The position numbers were made by a program, and so were the translations under genes. 64,000 bases of DNA from an uncultured virus (IMG/VR IMGVR_UViG_3300008070_000002). Lineage: Duplodnaviria; Heunggongvirae; Uroviricota; Caudoviricetes. This document shows, in pieces, positions 29,550 through 37,856 of this stretch. The number at the start of each line of letters is the position of its first letter. Position 1 is the stretch's first letter. Location: positions 1-64,000 of the IMG/VR virus record IMGVR_UViG_3300008070_000002. One strand, given 5' to 3'. The notes under the pieces were generated by a model that saw only the letters and a list, made by a program, of their open reading frames with translations, was not told where the DNA came from and did no database searches.

Positions 29550-31205
29550 TTAATCCTCAATAATCAGAATGTTGTTGTAAGAAGTAGTGTGGAACGTTTG
29601 CTCATCGCTATACAGCGCTGAGATCAACTCCAGGTCCACTTGAGACGAAGCGCTGTTATCACCACCACCGCTATTATAGCCAGGTGCACTATCTCCGGGA
29701 TTATAGACGTACCAATCTGGGTTGGTTAGTTGGTCGGAAGGGTAGCTAGTCCAACTACCGTCACCGGGTTGGCCAGATAACCAGTCAATTAAGTCATTCC
29801 AAACAAAGTAAGGCAAGTGGCCATCAATAATAAGCGACCACCAGTCGTCGTAGCGATTAGCGATGTCTGGTCTGAAATCCAGAATGATGGCAATGATAAT
29901 ATCAGCAAAATCCCACAGAAATTCCTTGCCTAAATCCGACAGGTATCTGAAATCAGTTAGCACTGTAATACCAAACTGGTATAAGCTCGTCAGTACCATT
30001 TCCTTTTTCAGGTAGTAATCCAACGCTTGTGACAATCTACCACGGTCGCGATCAAGCTGCAATGCATCCTCGTAACTGTAAACACGATAAACGGAATCGA
30101 CACCGTTTGGATTAATCGAGTGGGCTACTTTGATGTATTCCAATACCCGTGGCTTTAATTTAACGTTACCAAGGTTGCTTAAATTCAATAAGAACTTTTC
30201 TTCTGCTTTGAGCTCATCTGCGTTCATCTCATAATAGCCGCAGATTAACATCAACTCACCAGGATACCGAGTTCCCTTTTCCATGATTGGAAAATCACAA
30301 TCTGGGATATAAATCGGGATAGGGATCTGTGCTTTCTGAAATGTGAGCTCATCTTGGAACTCTACATACGCATCTCTTTGGCAGTTAGCCTCATCCGACA
30401 CGCCAGGTTGTAGCATCGACTGCCACCATTTCTTATCCATTAATGTATTGTTTAAGATTGGTGGATAATACGCATCAATGAGTTCTGGTAACTGTACGGA
30501 GAACTTCACGCGCAGTGTCCCAAGCCAAGCACCGGAATCCTGTTTCTCTTTGGTAATCTCTGCAGGACCATCGATGGTGCACAGAATACGAGAACGGCTA
30601 TCGCGAACAATAAATGATTTATTCGCCGTGGTGACTGCATTAATAAAGCCCGTCTTTAACCATTGGCCAATATCCGCTATCTGCACTTTATGCGATGCTG
30701 CTTTATGTGCATCTAACAACAGTGCGATGCACTCACCGGGAATAACATAATGGAAATCAGCACCGACGGGAAATGTATCGCCACCAAGTGAAGCACGGCG
30801 ATGCACGTCGTTTGCCCACATCGATACTTCACTGCGAGACGCTGATCGAATATTCAACGTCAGGTCGTAATTATAACGGGCCAGTGCTGGATGTAAACGC
30901 ACATCTAAACTGACATCATGAAAGAATGGTTTCTGACTATCAAACCCAACACCGCGATCGGTGAGGTTATCTGGATCTCTGGTTTCATCAACATCAACAA
31001 ACACACGGCGGTTCTGTCCGAAGCTCACATCACGCTCTACACCAGCTTGACTATTCGGTTGAGTGTTGTTGCTATAAGGGAGCTGTAAAATGACGTCATC
31101 GCGTTTGATGCAAAGTATACTTAAGATACGGTCAATGACTGACATCAGTACGTTGTGTTTAACGGTCTCATCCATCGCTGGAATAGGTATTGTAAAATTA
31201 GGCAT
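29550..31205 (-). CDS. Virion structural protein (phiKZ gp98 position)
   Basis: 551 aa, FFHD..L and YP.ILNN motifs, in a structural operon. Confidence 0.65.
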   Translation of the reverse strand: MPNFTIPIPAMDETVKHNVLMSVIDRILSILCIKRDDVILQLPYSNNTQPNSQAGVERDVSFGQNRRVFVDVDETRDPDNLTDRGVGFDSQKPFFHDVSLDVRLHPALARYNYDLTLNIRSASRSEVSMWANDVHRRASLGGDTFPVGADFHYVIPGECIALLLDAHKAASHKVQIADIGQWLKTGFINAVTTANKSFIVRDSRSRILCTIDGPAEITKEKQDSGAWLGTLRVKFSVQLPELIDAYYPPILNNTLMDKKWWQSMLQPGVSDEANCQRDAYVEFQDELTFQKAQIPIPIYIPDCDFPIMEKGTRYPGELMLICGYYEMNADELKAEEKFLLNLSNLGNVKLKPRVLEYIKVAHSINPNGVDSVYRVYSYEDALQLDRDRGRLSQALDYYLKKEMVLTSLYQFGITVLTDFRYLSDLGKEFLWDFADIIIAIILDFRPDIANRYDDWWSLIIDGHLPYFVWNDLIDWLSGQPGDGSWTSYPSDQLTNPDWYVYNPGDSAPGYNSGGGDNSASSQVDLELISALYSDEQTFHTTSYNNILIIED

Positions 31206-31242
31206 AGGGGTTTACCTCCAAAGGATGGGAACCGGGCTTAGG

Positions 31243-31275
31243 GCATAAAAGAAGTAGGGCCGAAGCCCTACTTCT
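31243..31275 (-). terminator. Rho-independent terminator
   Basis: AGAAGTAGGGC-TTCG-GCCCTACTTCT-TTTATGC on the minus strand. Confidence 0.85.
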
Positions 31276-31281
31276 AAAGGA

Positions 31282-32535
31282 TTATGCTTTTACTGGTTTG
31301 TACGCGGCTAGACCAGCCTGCACGTAACCAACTAAGCCATTAGCTGCGTCCAGAGGACATGAGCTAAGAACACGTTTAACGGCCAGGAAGTTAGACACCG
31401 CTTGGTTTGCGGTACGCAGACTACCGCGTGCCGCATCGCGTTTGGTATCTTGCGCATCTTTCAGCGTATCGGCAGCTGATTTTGCTTTGTCACGCAGCTG
31501 AGCCAAGTGATCGTTCACTGGACGGAAGTCTTTAATAGCTTCTTCCAGCGCTTCACCGATTTGACGGATCGACTTAATCGCGTCATACATAGCGGCAGTA
31601 TCTGGGGTGGACAATTTCTTGTCGCCGGTGATTTCATTGACCTGAATCACTTTAATACCGATGCTCTTTGTATCCGCAGTGTCAGTGCCGTACACGATAC
31701 CGTAATGGCCACCTGGGTAAGCAATCGCATCGTACACTTTAGCTTCGCTTGGAATAGCCGCTTTGAATGACTTGGTGGTTTTAGCACCGTAACCCAGACA
31801 ATCTGTTACATCGGCAATGGTGGCATCCAGGGTTTTACCATCAGCAATGGCTTGCTTGGTAGAAGTCAACAGTTTATCCAACGCAGCGACAGCTTTGTTG
31901 TTAGAGGCATACTTACCAGCGTAAGCTTGCACTTCTTTAATGCTAACGGTACCGTTGATTGCCAGCTTTTCAACCCAAGAACCGCCGATCTGATCCTTAG
32001 AACGCTCGCCAACACCTTTATTGAGACGGGCTTCCAATTTATCAGCGCGGTTTTGCAGAGACTTACCAGCGTTGAAATATTTCAACCAGAAATCTTTCAG
32101 CTTAGCAACAATCTCACCGACCCATGCGGCAAAACGTTGCCACATTTCTTTCAGGGTATCAACGATGCTTTCTAAAGCAACAGAAGTACCGCGAGACTTA
32201 TTGGCACCGCTGAAGTTTTCCAAGCCGATTTTATTACGGCGGATGCCCCAACGAGTGGCGATTGCTTCTACCGCTACATCAACTACACGTGCAGCTGTTT
32301 CATCCATGCCACCTTCAGCTTCTGCTGATTCTACTGCACCGGCAATTTCTTCCAGTTGAGTAGTATCGCCAGCTAGCTGTTCACCGTCCTGTTGGAGTGT
32401 ATCCAAATCGCTAGTTGCTTCAGCGCACTCAATGCTATTTGCTTCGACACCATTTTGTGGATCTTCCAATGCTGATAGATCAACATCGCTCATGTCTTGA
32501 TCTTCAAGGCCTACGGCCCATGAATAACGACCCAT
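31282..32535 (-). CDS. Internal head (inner body/ejection) protein, paralogue 1
   Basis: 417 aa, acidic propeptide with GLE/ALE sites followed by an amphipathic W..F..WV..I helix. Paralogous to the next gene. Confidence 0.8.
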   Translation of the reverse strand: MGRYSWAVGLEDQDMSDVDLSALEDPQNGVEANSIECAEATSDLDTLQQDGEQLAGDTTQLEEIAGAVESAEAEGGMDETAARVVDVAVEAIATRWGIRRNKIGLENFSGANKSRGTSVALESIVDTLKEMWQRFAAWVGEIVAKLKDFWLKYFNAGKSLQNRADKLEARLNKGVGERSKDQIGGSWVEKLAINGTVSIKEVQAYAGKYASNNKAVAALDKLLTSTKQAIADGKTLDATIADVTDCLGYGAKTTKSFKAAIPSEAKVYDAIAYPGGHYGIVYGTDTADTKSIGIKVIQVNEITGDKKLSTPDTAAMYDAIKSIRQIGEALEEAIKDFRPVNDHLAQLRDKAKSAADTLKDAQDTKRDAARGSLRTANQAVSNFLAVKRVLSSCPLDAANGLVGYVQAGLAAYKPVKA

Positions 32536-32556
32536 TTTATATTCCTTCGATTTTGC

Positions 32557-32596
32557 AAAAAAAGAAAAAAGGTAAGCAGGGGTTACCTGCTTACCT
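32557..32596 (-). terminator. Rho-independent terminator
   Basis: AGGTAAGCAGG/CCTGCTTACCT stem plus a long T-run. Confidence 0.85.
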
Positions 32597-32620
32597 GATT
32601 TAGTACGTGATGTCTGTAAA

Positions 32621-33859
32621 TTAAGCTACAGATTTGTACGCAGAAATACCAGCTTGAACGTAACCAACCAGACCAGAAGACAGGTCTTTCAGCGCGCCAG
32701 TAACAGCTGACTGAGTTTTGGTGTAGTTGCTAACAACAGCACGTGCGATATCTGCTTTGTTACGCGCAGCAGAACGTTCTTCGCCTTTCTTATCGCCAAC
32801 ACCAGCGTCTGCTTTAGAAGCAGCATCCTGCAGTTTAGACAGTTCGTCGTTTGCAGCACGGAAGTCTTTCAGACGGCTTTCCAGTGTGTCGGCCAGTTTG
32901 TACATTGAAGAAACCGCGTCTTTCAGCTGTTCTGCTGATGGAGTTTCGATTTCTTTAACGTCAACGTCGTTGCCGCCAACCAGAGTTACGCCAGGAACTT
33001 CGTTAGCCAGCTGGAAGGTAACCAGATATTTGTTACCAGGCAATGCAACTGCATAGATGTCAGTAGCGCCAGAAGGCAGTGCTTTGTTCAGCGCCTTGGT
33101 AGTCTTAGTACCAAATGCAGCCAGTTTCTGACCACTGCGAACGATGTCACCTTTAGCAGAACCAGTCAATTGACCTTCACCAGCACGCAGCATTTCTACA
33201 ATAGCGCCGACTACTTCGCCAACTTTAGCAGATGAAGTTACTGCCAGGGCTTTAGAGCCTTCGACATCAACTTTACCATCCAGTGCCAGTTTAGACAACC
33301 AGCCACCGCCGATCTTGTCTTTTGATTTCTCACCCAGGCCTTTACCCAGACGGTCAGACAGTTTGTCAGCACGGGTACGCAGCGCTTTACCAGCGTTCAT
33401 GTACTTCAACCAGAAATCTTTCAGTTTATTGATGATTTCTTTAACCCATGCAACGAACTTGGCCCACAGGTCTTTTGCCATTTCGCCAAGTTCTTCCATC
33501 GCTACGCGAGTGCCTTGGGCTTTACGCGCGCCGTTGAAGTTTTCCAGACCCAGTTTGTTACGGCGGATGCCCCAACGAGTAGCAATCGCTTCTACCGCTA
33601 CGTCAACGACTTTAGCTGCAGTTTCATCCATGCCACCTTGTTCAGCAGCACCTTCAACCGCGTCAGAAATGTCCTGAACCTGTGCGGTATCGTCAGCCAG
33701 CTGATCGCCATCTTCAGTCAGGTCAGCGATAGACTGATCCAGACCTTCTACTTCTACCAGTTGGTGCTCCAGTGTTTCTTCTGGTTTTTCCAGGGTAGTT
33801 ACATCAACTTGTTCTTCAGAGATATCTTCCAGGCCAATAGCCCATGAACGAGGTGCCAT
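32621..33859 (-). CDS. Internal head (inner body/ejection) protein, paralogue 2
   Basis: Start at ATG 33859 (MAPRSWAIGLED aligns with MGRYSWAVGLED of paralogue 1). GLE/AME sites and highly biased codons. Confidence 0.8.
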   Translation of the reverse strand: MAPRSWAIGLEDISEEQVDVTTLEKPEETLEHQLVEVEGLDQSIADLTEDGDQLADDTAQVQDISDAVEGAAEQGGMDETAAKVVDVAVEAIATRWGIRRNKLGLENFNGARKAQGTRVAMEELGEMAKDLWAKFVAWVKEIINKLKDFWLKYMNAGKALRTRADKLSDRLGKGLGEKSKDKIGGGWLSKLALDGKVDVEGSKALAVTSSAKVGEVVGAIVEMLRAGEGQLTGSAKGDIVRSGQKLAAFGTKTTKALNKALPSGATDIYAVALPGNKYLVTFQLANEVPGVTLVGGNDVDVKEIETPSAEQLKDAVSSMYKLADTLESRLKDFRAANDELSKLQDAASKADAGVGDKKGEERSAARNKADIARAVVSNYTKTQSAVTGALKDLSSGLVGYVQAGISAYKSVA

Positions 33860-33952
33860 AATCAATTTTCCTTTAAAGGTGTTTTCGAAATGTTGGAGCA
33901 CGTGCTCCAGTATTGCGCTTCACGTCGACGTGTTTATAACGCAAATTCCTTA

Positions 33953-34507
33953 TCAACGCTCTGATTGGATCGCTGCTACCACTTCCGCCATAGCTGCTAA
34001 AGTGAAGACCATGTCTTCTAATCCATTCACACGCATTGACCACATAAGTATAATGTCCTTTTCCTGCATTGTCGCAAGATCCGGTGCAATGATCCGACCA
34101 GAATGGCTTAAGGTTTTCGTTACATCGGCAGTTTGACCACTGAATGCTTGTAAAACCACGGTACCTATGTTTGCTTTAACAGTTTGATCTGAACCATAGA
34201 AGTCGCGACGAATTGCACTACGTACAACTGCATCCCATGCCTCTATAGAGATATCGCGTTTTCCCGTAGTAATGAACTGCACGGCATCGTTATAATACCG
34301 CACTACAGTGTCAGCGGGCGTACGAATATACTTACGCCAGTTGTCTGTTGCCAAGAAGGGCATCATCCATATATATTTACAGCAAAACTTGATCATTCGA
34401 TCGATGCTGGCCCAGTCGCGTGTCTGAGCAGGCGAACGGGTCAGCAGCTCTGCCAGTGTCCGTAAATCTTTTACATCCACGGCAGTAATCACATGCTTAG
34501 ACCCCAT
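33953..34507 (-). CDS. Putative virion protein (phiKZ gp91 position)
   Basis: Start at ATG 34507 (MGSKHV) behind GGAGG, overlapping the upstream stop. Confidence 0.65.
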   Translation of the reverse strand: MGSKHVITAVDVKDLRTLAELLTRSPAQTRDWASIDRMIKFCCKYIWMMPFLATDNWRKYIRTPADTVVRYYNDAVQFITTGKRDISIEAWDAVVRSAIRRDFYGSDQTVKANIGTVVLQAFSGQTADVTKTLSHSGRIIAPDLATMQEKDIILMWSMRVNGLEDMVFTLAAMAEVVAAIQSER

Positions 34508-35414
34508 ACTTTTCCTCCAGCTTCGATTGACGCTGACGGATCTTGTACAAACGGTCCGCTTGGATTTCCAACTCGGCTTCGATCGCAGCATCGCCTTGGC
34601 CACCGTCAATCCGCTGTTTAATCAACAGAATACGGTATTCAACCAGACGTGCTTCTGCTTTCGTACGTTCCAGTTCTTCAGCTTCCTTTTCCGCACGGTT
34701 CAAACGATAATGGAAAATTAGGCTGATTGGGAACGGCAGCACAGCAAAGCCGAGTGGGTCCAGGTTGCTATCGCCAACGGTGACACGAATCTCAGCTTCG
34801 CTGTCTTTATCCACGATAGCGTCAGGAATACGACGCATGGCGTTCTTCAGCTCGTCCAGGCTATTGGCCATAATCCCCATGGCAGTAACGAACACCAGTG
34901 CATTAGCACGTAGGTATTCTGGATCACCTTTTGGCAGATCCGGATCGACTTTCTTGCCTTCCAGATGCATCAGCTCTGTTGCCGTCAGGTAGTTCACAAA
35001 CACACGAACGTAGTTGACTACAAAGTCTACTACTTCACAGAACTGAATAATGTTCCCTTTAGAGAACGTTAAACCCACGTTAGTGAAGTTACGGCCAAAG
35101 GTGTTGTCAATCTCTTTACGAACGTACGGGATAGTTACCAGCATGTTCTTAAAGACCGCGTTCATGTGTTCCATCAAGCCGGTGGAGTGATGGAGTTTCA
35201 ATGACGTGGCATTCAGCTCTTTGGCTAGCGATGCTGCGATGTCTTGAATGATTTCATCTTTGAAGCGGTAGGTTGGTCCAAATATCGGTAAACACCGATC
35301 AATCGATGGAATCACAGTTGTTTCAATGCGCTCAGCGTTGTTGGTTAACCCGGTTTTCAGGTCCGCGGTTTCAGCGCTTGGCAGTAACGACTGTAGGTAT
35401 TTCGACAGGCTCAT
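34497..35414 (-). CDS. Virion head structural protein (phiKZ gp90 position)
   Basis: Start MSLSKYLQSLLPS behind AAGGA. DPLG motif and C-terminal coiled coil. Confidence 0.7.
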   Translation of the reverse strand: MSLSKYLQSLLPSAETADLKTGLTNNAERIETTVIPSIDRCLPIFGPTYRFKDEIIQDIAASLAKELNATSLKLHHSTGLMEHMNAVFKNMLVTIPYVRKEIDNTFGRNFTNVGLTFSKGNIIQFCEVVDFVVNYVRVFVNYLTATELMHLEGKKVDPDLPKGDPEYLRANALVFVTAMGIMANSLDELKNAMRRIPDAIVDKDSEAEIRVTVGDSNLDPLGFAVLPFPISLIFHYRLNRAEKEAEELERTKAEARLVEYRILLIKQRIDGGQGDAAIEAELEIQADRLYKIRQRQSKLEEKYGV

Positions 35415-35424
35415 TCGAGTATCC

Positions 35425-36702
35425 TTACAGGTTAGGTGCAGTAAAGGCACTGTAAGCACGCAGAATGTCTTCTACGTTGTTGCCAGCGTCTTTATTAGCA
35501 CGTTTCAATTCGCTTACGCGCAGTTCGTTGAAGCGGTCGATACCACGATGATAAATGGTCACGGTATCCCACTGGGTATCTACAACACACATCAACATTG
35601 CCGATGTTGTTTCGAAAGCACGCTGACGGATTGCGAATTCATCCAGGCTGCCGCCGAGTTCCAGTTCGATCTGCTTCGCAGTATCACGTTTGAAGATCAA
35701 AATAGCGGAAGCGTTATTAATAGACGGCTGCATTGAGAACAATCCAGACAGGAAGTTCTTAGAGCGCTTACGCATCATATGTTCGAAGAAACCGGACTTA
35801 TCGCGGATGCGTGTGCGGCGGGCTTCATCAATCAAGTCATTGCAAAGCACTAGGTCTTTGAACCAACCCAGTTGACCTGCCTTGGCACGAATGAAACGCT
35901 CTTTAAACGTCTGAGCAATTGAACCGGTACGCAGAATTGCTTTGAATGATTCACTGTCGGTATTGGTAACCATTAAGCGCACGCTTAACTGAACTGGCTG
36001 TTTATTGCCATCGCGTTCAAACGTAACTTCAAACTGTTTACCAACAGACAGGTTCGCCAGCTCTTTCAAAGTCACCTGGGTGTCTTTACCGAAAGAAGCT
36101 CCAGAAGCGCTACCGCGACCACCACTACCTTCAGTGATATTAACGTTATTCGTTGTGCGGGAAGAATGATCTTCTGCATTAATAAACTGATTGCTGATGC
36201 GATCGTGACTATCGTGGTTGTTGCTATTTTTTATCGACTTGTCAGTCAGTTCTTGTTTTGAACCATGTTCAAAACGAACATTAGTACCGGCTCTAGTGGC
36301 CGCTTCTAAACCAACCAGTGAATTCTCTGGATTAGGTAAACCATCGCGGTAGCTTTCAGCACCCACGAATTTGTACAAAGAAGAACCAGAGCCCAGCATC
36401 GATTCGATCGGGTCACGGTTGGTGTTAATCTGATCCAGTGTACGCAATACATTAAGGCCTGGAATATCAATCAGTAAGCTCAATGAGCTTAAGAAGTAAC
36501 ATGAGGTTAATGTCAGCATTGACTGGGTAATATCGGATGCATATGGCAGTGCCACAATGTCATCTTCAATCAGGGTTAAAAACTCATTACGTGCTGGTCT
36601 TGAGAACTCAACGATAGAATCGGCCTTACTACCGCGATAGAGCGATGGTAAGCTCCCGACCACGTTGCTGATCAATGGACCGACTATATTTTCAGGAATC
36701 AT
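35425..36702 (-). CDS. Virion head structural protein (phiKZ gp89 position)
   Basis: Start at ATG 36702 (MIPENI) with GGAG RBS. NLSVGK and DL.LC.DLI motifs, GAE/GLE sites. Confidence 0.7.
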   Translation of the reverse strand: MIPENIVGPLISNVVGSLPSLYRGSKADSIVEFSRPARNEFLTLIEDDIVALPYASDITQSMLTLTSCYFLSSLSLLIDIPGLNVLRTLDQINTNRDPIESMLGSGSSLYKFVGAESYRDGLPNPENSLVGLEAATRAGTNVRFEHGSKQELTDKSIKNSNNHDSHDRISNQFINAEDHSSRTTNNVNITEGSGGRGSASGASFGKDTQVTLKELANLSVGKQFEVTFERDGNKQPVQLSVRLMVTNTDSESFKAILRTGSIAQTFKERFIRAKAGQLGWFKDLVLCNDLIDEARRTRIRDKSGFFEHMMRKRSKNFLSGLFSMQPSINNASAILIFKRDTAKQIELELGGSLDEFAIRQRAFETTSAMLMCVVDTQWDTVTIYHRGIDRFNELRVSELKRANKDAGNNVEDILRAYSAFTAPNL

Positions 36703-36722
36703 GCAACTCTCCGGGGTAGACA

Positions 36723-37856
36723 ATGGTAAATAAAACTCAGCCTGAGGATCTGCCATACACGCTCGATCCAGATTCAAATTCAACCGTAGCGAATACAAAA
36801 ACCGCACGGACGATTGAACAACAATCGGGACGTGGAAGCTCACGCAGCAGTCTCTCAAACCTGTTTACAGGCTTCAACCATAGGATGGCGCCGCTCTACG
36901 CCCCGAAGAATACGGACAGCGTGGGCTACACATTTTTTACACGGCCAGACTTAAACTTTAATAAACAAAATTTAAACAACTCACGTAAACTGATTGAAGT
37001 GCTTCGGGCAGGGAGATCATCCCAGTCTGCTGCTATTATCGGTATGCTAGATCCTGAGAATGAAATTATGGCATTGGACCCAGCGCATTGTAAGCTCGGG
37101 TCGCCATTTCACTCTAAAGTGCAATTCGATAATCGCATGGCGTTCATACCATTACTGTCAAACTTGTTGGTTAGCTTAACGGGCTTTCCAGATAGCACGT
37201 TGGACGTATGGTCGTCAGACGAGGGTCTGGTGCGTGAACAGGTCTCTTATGTAGACTCTATTCTGGAAATCAATAACCGATATGCGCTATCGGCATCGTT
37301 TAGAAATATAGAAGGTGATCCAATTACAACCTTCCTCAATTTCTATTTGGATTACATATCCGGTGTGCGGCGCGGCTGGTATCAACCAAGGACTGCTAAC
37401 ATACTGCAACGTCGTGTTGATTACCAGATGCGTGTCTATCGTTTCATCATGGATCCAACACGCCGGTATATCCGCAAATACGGAATTGCTAACGCCGTGT
37501 TCCCGGTAAACGACACCATGGGCGCGGTGATGAATATCAACGGTAATTCACCGCTCGTGTCCGATAACGATCAGATCAACGTCCAGTTTGAAGCCATCGG
37601 TGCTTACTACAATGATCCGATCATCCTGCAAGAGTTTAACGATACGGTAGCCATGTTCAATACCGATATGTTGCCTCTTTACGATTCCGGTACGAGCTTC
37701 GTACCACGTGGAAAGGACAGTATGATGCTAATTGATCGTAGTGAAATCGCGTTATTTAACTATCGTGGTTTTCCGCACATCGATACCAATAGTTACGAAA
37801 TCTCGTGGTATGTTTATACCGATGAGTACAAAGAGGTTATGAAGGGGATTAAATAA
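36723..37856 (+). CDS. Virion structural (baseplate/tube-like) protein (phiKZ gp88 position)
   Basis: 377 aa. GYTFFTRPDLN, FIPLLSN and RVYRFIMD motifs. Confidence 0.7.
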   Translation: MVNKTQPEDLPYTLDPDSNSTVANTKTARTIEQQSGRGSSRSSLSNLFTGFNHRMAPLYAPKNTDSVGYTFFTRPDLNFNKQNLNNSRKLIEVLRAGRSSQSAAIIGMLDPENEIMALDPAHCKLGSPFHSKVQFDNRMAFIPLLSNLLVSLTGFPDSTLDVWSSDEGLVREQVSYVDSILEINNRYALSASFRNIEGDPITTFLNFYLDYISGVRRGWYQPRTANILQRRVDYQMRVYRFIMDPTRRYIRKYGIANAVFPVNDTMGAVMNINGNSPLVSDNDQINVQFEAIGAYYNDPIILQEFNDTVAMFNTDMLPLYDSGTSFVPRGKDSMMLIDRSEIALFNYRGFPHIDTNSYEISWYVYTDEYKEVMKGIK

